The notes below the pieces were generated by a model. That model searched no databases. It saw only the letters and a list, made by a program, of their open reading frames with translations, and was not told the DNA's origin. A stretch of DNA of 64,000 nt. It comes from Patescibacteria group bacterium (GTDB lineage Bacteria; Patescibacteriota; Minisyncoccia; Minisyncoccales; UBA5738). The stretch is from assembly GCA_034678605.1 (NCBI GenBank), contig JAXDBQ010000032.1, positions 40,265 through 104,264 of the forward strand, read 5' to 3'. A program made the position numbers and the translations under genes. Positions 45,334-53,247 of the stretch are shown here, one piece after another (the first letter of the stretch is position 1; each line of letters starts with the position of its first letter).

Positions 45334-45561
45334 TAATTTTTCCATTTTGTCAAATTGGAAATGTCAAGCTTTTGTGGGTTTTTAAGGTTGATTTTGCCTT
45401 GACAAAAAGGGCGTTTTGGACTATAATTGATGGCGTTGCAATGATTTTTGGTTTTTTGTCCCGCCTTTGGCTTTGGGCCGAAAATATGGCAAAATCGAGT
45501 TTTTTGCCGGGGAAAAACCTTAATTTGCGCGCCGGAAAGGCATTCGGAAGCGCCGTAATTT

Positions 45562-46131
45562 ATGAGTATTTGCCGTAAATGTTTGATTGCCGGGAAAAGT
45601 TTGCTCGTTTTCATGTTTGGGGTTTCCGGGTTGTGGCTGGGGTTTCGCGTGAGCGCCGTGACGGCGCAGGAGATCGCGGCCAAATCCGCGGTGAAAGCCG
45701 GCCCGGAAGTGGTCTATGCCGACGCGGTGGAGCTTCAATTTTGCGGGCCGATGGTGTCGCAGATTAGCTTTTTGAAGGATATCGGCGGCGAAATTTGCTC
45801 CAAAAACGGCAAAATCGCCGCGCCCAAAGAAGCGGTGCGGCGCATCCGGGTGGTGCTCACGGCCTATTCCAGCACCGTGGCGCAGACCGACAGTACGCCG
45901 TTCATCACGGCCAACGGCACCTATGTCCATGACGGCATCGTGGCCAACAACGGTTTTCCGTTCGGCACCCAGATCCGCATCCCGGAACTGTTCGGCAACA
46001 AGGTGTTCTCGGTGGAGGACCGGATGCACTGGCGCATGGACGATTACCGCTTCGACATCTGGTTTCCGACCTACGAACAAGCCAAAAAATTCGGCGTCAA
46101 ATACGCCTACGTAGAAATCTTGAAAAAGTAA
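45562..46131 (+). CDS. 3D-domain (MltA/YabE-like) cell-wall protein with signal/TM anchor
   Basis: VVLTAYSS...QTDSTPFITANG...GIVANN..PFGTQIRIPE matches 3D domain (PF06725). Confidence 0.75.
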   Translation: MSICRKCLIAGKSLLVFMFGVSGLWLGFRVSAVTAQEIAAKSAVKAGPEVVYADAVELQFCGPMVSQISFLKDIGGEICSKNGKIAAPKEAVRRIRVVLTAYSSTVAQTDSTPFITANGTYVHDGIVANNGFPFGTQIRIPELFGNKVFSVEDRMHWRMDDYRFDIWFPTYEQAKKFGVKYAYVEILKK

Positions 46132-46139
46132 TCTTTGTT

Positions 46140-46209
46140 GGCATAGCCGAGCAGTAAATTGCGACTTTGTATTTTAAACCCCCATTTAATAATGGGGGTT
46201 TGTCGCAAT
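46140..46209. terminator. Terminator hairpin nested in a 70-bp palindrome
   Basis: gcagtaaattgcgac ... aaaccccc-atttaataa-tgggggttt ... gtcgcaattttactgc. Confidence 0.55.
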
Positions 46210-46293
46210 TTTACTGCTTGGTGCCCGGGGTGGGACTTGAACCCACATGAGTTGCCTCGCAACATTTTAAGTGTTGTGCGTATGCCGGTTTCG
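46209..46293 (-). tRNA. tRNA-Leu (anticodon UAA), CCA encoded
   Basis: GCCCGGGTGGCGAAACCGGCATACGCACAACACTTAAAATGTTGCGAGGCAACTCATGTGGGTTCAAGTCCCACCCCGGGCACCA; long variable arm. Confidence 0.85.
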
Positions 46294-46337
46294 CCACCCG
46301 GGCGGGATGGCAATTTTTACTTTTTAACTTTCAGTTT

Positions 46338-46412
46338 TTAACTTTCGTGGAGGCCGCAGTGAGAATCGCACTCACGTATAACAGTTTTGCAGACTGTCGC
46401 CTTACTACTTGG
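46338..46412 (-). tRNA. tRNA-Cys (anticodon GCA), CCA encoded
   Basis: GGCCGCATAGCCAAGTAGTAAGGCGACAGTCTGCAAAACTGTTATACGTGAGTGCGATTCTCACTGCGGCCTCCA. Confidence 0.85.
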
Positions 46413-46465
46413 CTATGCGGCCGGGAATAGTTGATGAGTTGATGAGTTGATGAGTTGATGAGGGA
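46413..46465. repeat. Family-3 tandem repeat (AGTTGATG)x4 directly upstream of tRNA-Cys
   Basis: gggaatagttgatgagttgatgagttgatgagttgatgagggatgagtaaaa. Confidence 0.65.
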
Positions 46466-46487
46466 TGAGTAAAATTCTAATGCAAAT

Positions 46488-46826
46488 TCAGGATTTTTTC
46501 AATTGCTCAAGGAGAGTTTCGACTTGCTGGGCTTGGAAGGGATTTTGGTCGGCGATGAAAATGATCTTGGGCACCGGCCGCATTTTCAGTTTGCGGTCGA
46601 GCGCTTTTTGGAACTCCCAAACCTGGTTTTCCAGCGCGGCCACCACTTGCCTTTGTTTTTGGTCGGGGAGCACGCTCACAAAAACCTTGGCTTCCTGCAG
46701 GTTGCCGCTGGCCTTCACTTTTGTGATCGAGATCAGGGTTTCGCGGTCCGCGCAAAAATCGCGCGCGATCATTTGCGCCAAAACCTCTTTCATCAGTGAT
46801 TCGATTTTTTCAACGCGATGGTCCAT
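46488..46826 (-). CDS. rbfA: Ribosome-binding factor A
   Basis: Track ORF 46488..46871 (its first 15 codons lie in the family-1 repeat; start moved to MDHRVEKIESL); RbfA KH-like domain ETLISITKVKASGNLQEAKVFVSV. Confidence 0.85.
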   Translation of the reverse strand: MDHRVEKIESLMKEVLAQMIARDFCADRETLISITKVKASGNLQEAKVFVSVLPDQKQRQVVAALENQVWEFQKALDRKLKMRPVPKIIFIADQNPFQAQQVETLLEQLKKS

Positions 46827-46980
46827 CTTGGATGCAAATTCGAATGTTCGAATATTCGAAATCCGAAACAATTTTCAAATTCTCAAAATTTTAATTTTCG
46901 AAAAAGAGTCCGTTTAAAAATTTGAACATTTGAAAATTTGGATTTGTTTCGAATATTCGGATATTCGTGCTTCGGATATT
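46827..46980. repeat. Family-1 palindromic element between infB and rbfA
   Basis: aaattcgaatgttcgaatattcgaaatccgaaacaatt ... ttgtttcgaatattcggatattcgtgcttcgg. Confidence 0.65.
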
Positions 46981-48477
46981 TTAGAAATTCTTTTCCTGCA
47001 CATAGAACACCAATTGGTCGCCTTCTTGGACTTTTTGGTCGCCTTCATACAAAATTCCCACTTCATCGCCCTTGCCGGCTTGAGGGATGTCTTTTTTGTT
47101 TTTTTGCAAATTGATCAGCCGGCCCTGGCCGATTAAGTTTTGATTGCGCATGACTTCGATCTTGACGCCTTTCTTAACCTCGCCGTCAATCATTTTCCCG
47201 CCCACGATCTGGCGGTTTTTGTCGGCCCAAAAACTTAACAAAACCTTTAGTTTGCCCAGGTCTTTGCGCGCGATCCGCGGCGTTCTGAATTTTTCCATGT
47301 AGCCGCGGAGCCATTCGATCATTTCATAGATGATTTCAAAATTCATCACGCGGATTTTTTCCCGTTCGACCATGGCTTTGGCGTCGGGGCTGATTTTAAC
47401 CCGAAAGCCAACGATTATGGCGTTGCCGGCGCGAGCGGTTTTGACATCGTTTAAATTGACTTCGCCGGCGCCGGTTTCCAAAATATCCAAAACTACTTCG
47501 GTTTGCGGAATTTGAGAGATGGTTTCTTTGAGCACTTCAATCGATCCCAAGACATCGGCCTTCAAGACGATAGCAAGCGTTTTTTGGCCTTCTTTTGGGG
47601 CCGCGGCAATGGATTGCGGCCGGTTTTTTTTGGCTTCGCGTTGTCGCGCGATCACGAAATCGCGGGCCGCTTCCAAGCTTTCCATTTCTTTGAAAATTTC
47701 GCCCACCACCGGAACCTCGTCCAAGCCGATGGCGATGGCCGGCTGGGAGGAGAAAAGTTTTTCGATCTTACGGCCACGGGTGTCTTCCAGTGATTTGATT
47801 TTTCCCAAAGATGATGTTGTGGCCAAAACTTTGCCGGCAGTTAAAATGCCGTTTTGCAACAAGATGCTGGCGCTGGGGCCGCGGCGGTGGTCAAGCGATG
47901 ATTCAATAATAATCCCTTGCGCGGGCGCGGCCGGATCGGTCTGCAAGTTTTCCATTTCGGCCACCAGCAAGATCATTTCCAGCAAATCATCGATGCCGGC
48001 GCCGGTTTTGGCCGAAACGCTGATCGCGGGCACGTTACCGCCCCAATCCTCCACCAATAAATTTTCTTTTTGCAGATCGCGCTTGACTTTTTCCACATTG
48101 GCTTGCGGCAGATCGGTTTTGTTCATGGCCACAATCACCGGAATGCCGGCATTTTTAATGGCGTTGGCGGCTTCTTTGGTTTGCGGCTTGAAACCCTCTT
48201 CGGCGGCCACCACCAAAACCGCGATATCGGCGATCTTGGCGCCGCGGGCGCGCATTTGCGAAAACGCCTCATGGCCGGGAGTGTCGATGAAGGTGATGGT
48301 CTTGCCGTTGAACTCGGCCACGGACGCGCCGATATGTTGGGTAATGCCGCCGGATTCGCGGTCGGCCACGTGGGTTTTGCGGATATAATCCAAAATCGAG
48401 GTCTTGCCGTGATCGACATGGCCCATTACCACCACCACGGGCGGCCGGGAGATTAAGTTTTTAGCGGAATTATCCAT
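46981..48477 (-). CDS. infB: Translation initiation factor IF-2, short form without N-terminal domain
   Basis: 498 aa; G-domain VMGHVDHGKTS...DTPGHEAF...NKTD, then domains II-IV. Confidence 0.9.
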   Translation of the reverse strand: MDNSAKNLISRPPVVVVMGHVDHGKTSILDYIRKTHVADRESGGITQHIGASVAEFNGKTITFIDTPGHEAFSQMRARGAKIADIAVLVVAAEEGFKPQTKEAANAIKNAGIPVIVAMNKTDLPQANVEKVKRDLQKENLLVEDWGGNVPAISVSAKTGAGIDDLLEMILLVAEMENLQTDPAAPAQGIIIESSLDHRRGPSASILLQNGILTAGKVLATTSSLGKIKSLEDTRGRKIEKLFSSQPAIAIGLDEVPVVGEIFKEMESLEAARDFVIARQREAKKNRPQSIAAAPKEGQKTLAIVLKADVLGSIEVLKETISQIPQTEVVLDILETGAGEVNLNDVKTARAGNAIIVGFRVKISPDAKAMVEREKIRVMNFEIIYEMIEWLRGYMEKFRTPRIARKDLGKLKVLLSFWADKNRQIVGGKMIDGEVKKGVKIEVMRNQNLIGQGRLINLQKNKKDIPQAGKGDEVGILYEGDQKVQEGDQLVFYVQEKNF

Positions 48478-48618
48478 CAGAATTAAATTCGAATATCGAA
48501 TATCGAAATCCGAAACAATATCGAAATTTAAATTTCCAAAACAAAAATTCGAGTTTCGTTTTGGTCATTTGGATTTTGAAAATTCGTGCTTGTTTCGAGT
48601 TTCGACATTCGAGCTTCG
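48478..48618. repeat. Family-1 palindromic element
   Basis: aaattcgaatatcgaatatcgaaatccgaaacaatatcgaaattt ... gtttcgagtttcgacattcgagcttcg. Confidence 0.65.
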
Positions 48619-48987
48619 TTATTTATGTTTTTCTTGGGCGAGTTCGATTGCTTTCTTTTCTTCTTCGGAAAGGGGATAAGTGGAGGCGCCGTTTTCCACC
48701 GGTTTGGCATAGACGCGGTTGCCGTCGCGGGAAAACAAGCTGGTGACTACCGCGCCGTTGCCGTTGCCGTCAAGCATTGCCAAACAAAAACTTTGATTGC
48801 CGCCAAAACCTTCGAATGGGTTAAAGCGGGTGACCGCCACCCGGCTGATATGCTTTTTGTTTTCTTTTTTCAGCGATTTCACTTCCTCGGCCAAGGATTC
48901 GCATTTTTCTTTCACCTCTTTAAACTGCGCCAAGATCTCGGAAATATCCTGCGGCTCTTCATCTTGTTTTTTTTGGAAAAAAGACAT
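48619..48987 (-). CDS. DUF4446-like small protein
   Basis: Track ORF 48619..49278 extends over tRNA-Ser and repeats; plausible start MSFFQKKQ at about 48987; conserved RVAVTRFNPFEGFGGNQSFCLAMLDGNGNGAVV. Confidence 0.55.
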   Translation of the reverse strand: MSFFQKKQDEEPQDISEILAQFKEVKEKCESLAEEVKSLKKENKKHISRVAVTRFNPFEGFGGNQSFCLAMLDGNGNGAVVTSLFSRDGNRVYAKPVENGASTYPLSEEEKKAIELAQEKHK

Positions 48988-48994
48988 CGGGTAG

Positions 48995-49176
48995 TTGATT
49001 AGTTGATGAGTTATGAGTTGATGAGTAAAATGCGAATTCGGAGTTTTTGAATTTTTCTCATTTCTCATCAACTCATTACTCATTTCTATTTCGGGCGGTG
49101 CCCGGTAGTAGATTTTCGGCCGGATTTTTAGCAAAAAATCCGTAATCGCCAAGCGAGCCGAAAATTCACTACCGGG
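48995..49176. repeat. Composite repeat: inverted family-3 TGATGAGT arrays (about 48995..49090) plus family-4 palindrome (49091..49176)
   Basis: agttgatgagttatgagttgatgagt...actcatcaactcattactcat; then cccggtagtagattttcggc-ccggatttttagcaaaaaatccg-taatcgccaagcgagccgaaaattcactaccggg. Confidence 0.65.
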
Positions 49177-49263
49177 CGGTGGGAGGAGGAGTCGAACCTC
49201 CGATACCCTTGCGGGCATAACGGTTTTCGAAACCGTCCCATTCGGCCACTCTGGCATCCCACC
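49177..49263 (-). tRNA. tRNA-Ser (anticodon CGA)
   Basis: GGTGGGATGCCAGAGTGGCCGAATGGGACGGTTTCGAAAACCGTTATGCCCGCAAGGGTATCGGAGGTTCGACTCCTCCTCCCACCG; long variable arm. Confidence 0.85.
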
Positions 49264-49488
49264 AAATTTTGCGAACAAAATTTGGAGTAGTTTGTAATTA
49301 GTATTTAGCAGTTAGCAAAATGCAAAATACAAGCCAAGTCGCAAGCAAAATTTTCCTAATTACAAATTACTCACACTAATTACAGATCCGTTCGCGCAAT
49401 AAAAAAACAACCGGCCGCGACACCGCAACAGGTTATGTATAGCATTTTTTGCGCCCAAACGCAATAAAAAAGAGAATAACTGCGGTTG

Positions 49489-49809
49489 TTATTCTTTGTT
49501 CTCTGGAGCGATCCAAAGAAGACTTTGCCAAATCGTATCGGCTATTCCCGGAAGAAGATCAGCTATTTGTTTTTCATTGCCACCGTGTAATTTTGGTATT
49601 AAATTATAGCTGCTTCCCATACTGCGTAAATTCCATTTGATATTTTCTTGGTCTGTTCGATGGTTTTGCCCGATGGCAATACATATCGCCATTAGTTTTT
49701 CTTGTGCTTTTGTGGGATCTTGGCTGTTTAAAATAACCAGTATCTCTTGGAGTATTTTTTCCGGAACTTCTTCTTTGTATTTTTCGATTAATTCATCGTC
49801 GATCATCAC
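49489..49809 (-). CDS. Hypothetical small protein
   Basis: 106 aa; RBS AAGGAGG 6 nt upstream of ATG. Confidence 0.5.
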   Translation of the reverse strand: MMIDDELIEKYKEEVPEKILQEILVILNSQDPTKAQEKLMAICIAIGQNHRTDQENIKWNLRSMGSSYNLIPKLHGGNEKQIADLLPGIADTIWQSLLWIAPENKE

Positions 49810-49839
49810 AAAATCCTCCTTAATTTTTTAATGGTGCTG

Positions 49840-49913
49840 TGGACGATACAGGATTCGAACCTGTGGCCTACTCGGTGTAAACGAGTCGCTCTGGCCGGCT
49901 GAGCTAATCGTCC
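49840..49913 (-). tRNA. tRNA-Val (anticodon UAC)
   Basis: GGACGATTAGCTCAGCCGGCCAGAGCGACTCGTTTACACCGAGTAGGCCACAGGTTCGAATCCTGTATCGTCCA. Confidence 0.85.
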
Positions 49914-50010
49914 AAGAGTAGTTGATGAGTGATGAGTTGATGAGTGGTGAGCAAATACGAAATCCCGTATTTTCTCATCAACTCATTTCTCATAAACTCA
50001 TCAACTATTC
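49914..50010. repeat. Family-3 inverted TGATGAGT/ACTCATCA arrays between tRNA-Val and tRNA-Leu
   Basis: gagtagttgatgagtgatgagttgatgagtggtgagc ... ctcatcaactcatttctcataaactcatcaactattctc. Confidence 0.65.
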
Positions 50011-50014
50011 TCGG

Positions 50015-50098
50015 TGCCCGGGGCGAGATTTGAACTCGCACGGGGGTGAACCCACTAGCACCTCAAGCTAGCTTGTCTGCCGATTCCAACACCCGGGC
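50015..50098 (-). tRNA. tRNA-Leu (anticodon GAG)
   Basis: GCCCGGGTGTTGGAATCGGCAGACAAGCTAGCTTGAGGTGCTAGTGGGTTCACCCCCGTGCGAGTTCAAATCTCGCCCCGGGCA; resembles E. coli tRNA-Leu; upstream hairpin atcccgcc-ag-ggcgggat. Confidence 0.8.
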
Positions 50099-50174
50099 AA
50101 ATCCCGCCAGGGCGGGATAGCAGATAGTCAATAGTTGATAGTTTATCGGAAAACGATAAAAAAGCAAGAAGCGG

Positions 50175-50543
50175 TTAGGCCTCTTGCTTTGGTTTCGGTT
50201 CCACTCTTTTCAGGCGCGATTTGCGGCCTTTGGCGGTGCGGATATAGAAGATCTTGGCGCGGCGGACTTTGCCCACTTTAATCACTTCGATCCGGTCGAT
50301 GATGGGCGAGTGGATCGGGAAGATTTTTTCCACGCCCACGCCCGAGGCGATCTTGCGCACCGTGATGGCCGCGCCGGTTTCGTTGCCGTGCTTGCGGCAC
50401 AGCACCAGACCCTCAAACATCTGGATTTTGTCCTTGCCTTTGTCTTTATATTTTTGATAGACGCGCACGGTATCGCCGGCCTTGATGGCGGGCAGGTCGG
50501 TTTTCTTGACGGCTTGCGCGAACTCTTCGATTTGCTTTTCCAT
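50175..50543 (-). CDS. rplS: 50S ribosomal protein L19
   Basis: 122 aa; IEVIKVGKVRRAKIFYIR, GDTVRVYQKYKDKGKDKIQMFEGLV. Confidence 0.95.
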   Translation of the reverse strand: MEKQIEEFAQAVKKTDLPAIKAGDTVRVYQKYKDKGKDKIQMFEGLVLCRKHGNETGAAITVRKIASGVGVEKIFPIHSPIIDRIEVIKVGKVRRAKIFYIRTAKGRKSRLKRVEPKPKQEA

Positions 50544-50623
50544 GTTGTTTGATGTTCAAGTATTGGATTTTTACCTTGATAACTATAAACTATAAACTGA
50601 ATTTTTGCAAGAGCAAAAATTTG

Positions 50624-50697
50624 TGGGCGTATCCCGATTCGAACGGGAGACCTTTTCAATGTCAATGAAACGCTCTAACCAGCTGAGCTATACGCCC
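50624..50697 (-). tRNA. tRNA-Val (anticodon GAC), CCA encoded
   Basis: GGGCGTATAGCTCAGCTGGTTAGAGCGTTTCATTGACATTGAAAAGGTCTCCCGTTCGAATCGGGATACGCCCA. Confidence 0.85.
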
Positions 50698-50787
50698 GGT
50701 GAATAGTTGATGAGTTAATGAGAAATGAGCCGGTGAGCGAAGCGCATTCTCTCATAAGCTCATTACCAATTTACTCATTTCTACCTC
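50698..50787. repeat. Family-3 repeat arrays
   Basis: gaatagttgatgagttaatgagaaatgagc ... ctcataagctcattaccaatttactcatttctacc. Confidence 0.6.
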
Positions 50788-51148
50788 TGGTGTGCATGGA
50801 TGGGATCGGACCATCGGCCGCAGCTTTATGAAATTGTTGCTACAATTTCCGCCAAAAATAATAATTAATTTGGGCGGTGGGCGCAGATGGACTCGAACCA
50901 TCGACCCCGGCTTTATGAAACCGTTATAGCGGTTTCCGCCATTATTTTAAAAATTCTGGTAGTGGGCGTGGAAGGGATCGGACCTTCGGCCCCCACTTTA
51001 TAAGAGTGGTGCTCTAACCACTGAGCTACACGCCCAGAATTTTTAAAATAATGTCATAAGAGCCGTGCTCTAACCGACTGAGCTATGCGCCCAAATTAAT
51101 TATTATTTTTGTCATAAGAGCTGTGCTCTACCACTGAGCTACACGCGC
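50788..51148 (-). other. Nested split-tRNA locus: outer tRNA halves (5' half about 51111..51148, 3' half about 50788..50853) enclose a middle tRNA (5' half about 51053..51092, 3' half about 50872..50940), which encloses an intact tRNA (50963..51035); each insert is flanked by a perfect inverted repeat
   Basis: Middle pair: acceptor GGGCGCA/TGCGCCC and anticodon stem CGGCT/AGCCG are complementary across the pieces; outer pair: anticodon stem CAGCT/AGCTG and acceptor 6/7 bp; inner IR ATTATTTTAAAAATTCT/AGAATTTTTAAAATAAT (17 bp); outer IR AAAAATAATAATTAATTTGG/CCAAATTAATTATTATTTTT (20 bp). Confidence 0.55.
50963..51035 (-). tRNA. Intact innermost tRNA, anticodon UAU (Ile-AUA reading), CCA not encoded
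   Basis: GGGCGTGTAGCTCAGTGGTTAGAGCACCACTCTTATAAAGTGGGGGCCGAAGGTCCGATCCCTTCCACGCCCA; anticodon stem CCACT/AGTGG, loop CTTATAA; T-loop TCCGATC slightly atypical. Confidence 0.6.
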
Positions 51149-51240
51149 AAGACGTAGTCAATGAGTTGTGAGAAATGAGTTGATGAAAAAATACGGGATT
51201 TTGCATTTACTCAATACTCATCAACTCGCCACTCATCAAC
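51149..51240. repeat. Family-3 repeat arrays upstream of the nested tRNA locus
   Basis: gtagtcaatgagttgtgagaaatgagttgatg ... actcaatactcatcaactcgccactcatcaactat. Confidence 0.6.
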
Positions 51241-53062
51241 TATTTTTGATTCCTACCAGTTTTTCGTATTCTTCTTTTTCAATGGTTTCTTTTTCGATCA
51301 GGCGATTCGCGATCTTTTCCAATGTGTCGCGTTTTTCGGCCAAGATCTTTTGCGCGGTGGTTTGGCCTTCTTCGATGATTTTGGCGGTTTCGGCGTCGAT
51401 CTTGGCCGCGGTTTGTTCGGAATAATTGCGGTTGGATTCGAATTCCTGGCCCAAAAACGCCAGTTCTTCTTTTTCACCAAAAACGATCGGCCCCAGCGGC
51501 GACATGCCGTATTCTTTCACCATTTTGCGGGCGATCTTGGACGCCACTTTCAGATCGTTTGACGCTCCGGTGGACGATTGGCCAAAGATTATTTTTTCGG
51601 CGGTAAGCCCTCCCAGCAAGGTGGCAATTTCGGCGACAAAGTCGCTTTTCGACCGCAGTTTCTTTTCTTCGGCCGGGGTTTTTAAGGTGTAGCCGGCGGC
51701 CATTCCCCGTGAGATGATGGATATTTTGCGCACCGGCTCGGTTCCCGGTAAAGAAGATGACACCAGCGCGTGGCCGGATTCATGATAGGCGGCGATTTTT
51801 TTTTCTTCAACTGATAACAAATGGCTTTTCTTTTCCGGCCCCAGCATCACTTTTTCGATTGATTCCAAAAATTCTGTCTGAAAGATTTCGCTTTTGTTTT
51901 GTTTGGCCGCCAATAGTGCGGCTTCGTTGACCACATTGGCGATGTCGGCGCCCGAAAATCCGGGGGTTCGTTCGGCTACTTCCCGCAAGTTCACGTCTTT
52001 GGCCAAGGGTTTTTGCCGGCAATGAATGGCCAAGATCGCTTCGCGGTCTTTGGCGTCGGGCAGATCCAAAATGATGCGCCGGTCAAAGCGTCCCGGCCGC
52101 AGCAGCGCCGGATCAAGATATTCGGGCCGGTTGGTGGCGCCCAAAACGATGATGCCCTCGCCGCTTTCAATTCCGTCCATTTCGGCAAGGATCTGATTGA
52201 GGGTTTGTTCGCGTTCTTCGTGGCCGCCGGTGACGCCCACGCCGCGGGTTTTGCCGATGGAATCAATTTCGTCAATGAAAATTATGGCGCGTTTTACTTT
52301 GTGGGCTTGTTCAAACAAGTTGCGCACCCGGCTGGCGCCCACGCCCACGAACAATTCGATGAATTCCGAACCGGAAATGGAAAAGAAAGGCACATTGCCT
52401 TCGTTGGCGATGGCTTTTGCCAGTAGGGTCTTGCCGGTGCCGGGCAAGCCCATCAGCAGTACGCCGCGGGGGATTTTGGCGCCCATTTTCAGGTATTTTT
52501 CGGGATTTTTTAAAAAATCAATGATTTCTTGCAACTCCTCTTTGGCCTCTTTGAGGCCGGCAATATCGTTGAAGGTGGTTTTTTGTTTTGGATTGCCGCC
52601 TAAAAGGCGGGTTTTGGCTTTGGTAAAGTCGAATGCTTGCATGGCGTTGCCTTTGGCCTGGCGAAAGATCAGCGAAAACACGAATAAGATCAGCAGCAAC
52701 GGCAAGAAGCTGTAAAGCAGGGGCGCCAACCAAATCCAGACGCTGTCGTCGTTTTTTGATTCAAAATTCACCGCGGCGATCTTTTCCTTGTCCACTCCCA
52801 AATTGACCAAGGTTTGCGACAGGGATGAGTCGGCTTCTTTTTTGGCGATGGTGGTGGAAGCGGCCGCGTCGTTGTATTCGACGGTTAATTTTTCGCCGGC
52901 GATTTGGACATTCTTGATCTTGCCTTCGTTGATCTCGGCCGCCAAGCGCGAGAGGGAAATTTCCTCGGGTTTTTGGGAGTTTTGCGAAAACAACGAAAAC
53001 AGACCGGCCAAACCGACCAAAAAAATAACTACCATCGCGAAATTTTTGAAAAAGCCCTTCAT
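51236..53062 (-). CDS. ftsH: ATP-dependent zinc metalloprotease FtsH
   Basis: 608 aa; two N-terminal TM; AAA Walker [14 protein letters not shown]; HExxH as HESGHA. Confidence 0.95.
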   Translation of the reverse strand: MKGFFKNFAMVVIFLVGLAGLFSLFSQNSQKPEEISLSRLAAEINEGKIKNVQIAGEKLTVEYNDAAASTTIAKKEADSSLSQTLVNLGVDKEKIAAVNFESKNDDSVWIWLAPLLYSFLPLLLILFVFSLIFRQAKGNAMQAFDFTKAKTRLLGGNPKQKTTFNDIAGLKEAKEELQEIIDFLKNPEKYLKMGAKIPRGVLLMGLPGTGKTLLAKAIANEGNVPFFSISGSEFIELFVGVGASRVRNLFEQAHKVKRAIIFIDEIDSIGKTRGVGVTGGHEEREQTLNQILAEMDGIESGEGIIVLGATNRPEYLDPALLRPGRFDRRIILDLPDAKDREAILAIHCRQKPLAKDVNLREVAERTPGFSGADIANVVNEAALLAAKQNKSEIFQTEFLESIEKVMLGPEKKSHLLSVEEKKIAAYHESGHALVSSSLPGTEPVRKISIISRGMAAGYTLKTPAEEKKLRSKSDFVAEIATLLGGLTAEKIIFGQSSTGASNDLKVASKIARKMVKEYGMSPLGPIVFGEKEELAFLGQEFESNRNYSEQTAAKIDAETAKIIEEGQTTAQKILAEKRDTLEKIANRLIEKETIEKEEYEKLVGIKNS

Positions 53063-53247
53063 TTAAAATTCAAGCACGAAGCGCGAAGCACGAAATCCGA
53101 AACAAATTCCGCGCCCGAGGCGCGTCCGCTTTCAGCGGAAAATTTTCAAAATTTAAATATCAAAACAAAAATACGAATTTGTTTTTATCATTTGAAAATT
53201 TGAATTTCGATATTGTTTCGATATTCGATATTCGATATTCGACATTC
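53063..53247. repeat. Family-1 composite palindromic element with central cgcccgaggcgcgtccgctttcagcggaaaatttt core
   Basis: cacgaagcacgaaatccgaaacaaattcc ... ttgtttcgatattcgatattcgatattcgacattc. Confidence 0.65.

Noticed and set aside
48988-49278. N-terminal 97 codons of track ORF 48619..49278
   Set aside because: This part runs across tRNA-Ser and repeat arrays. The conserved DUF4446 part begins at the internal Met.
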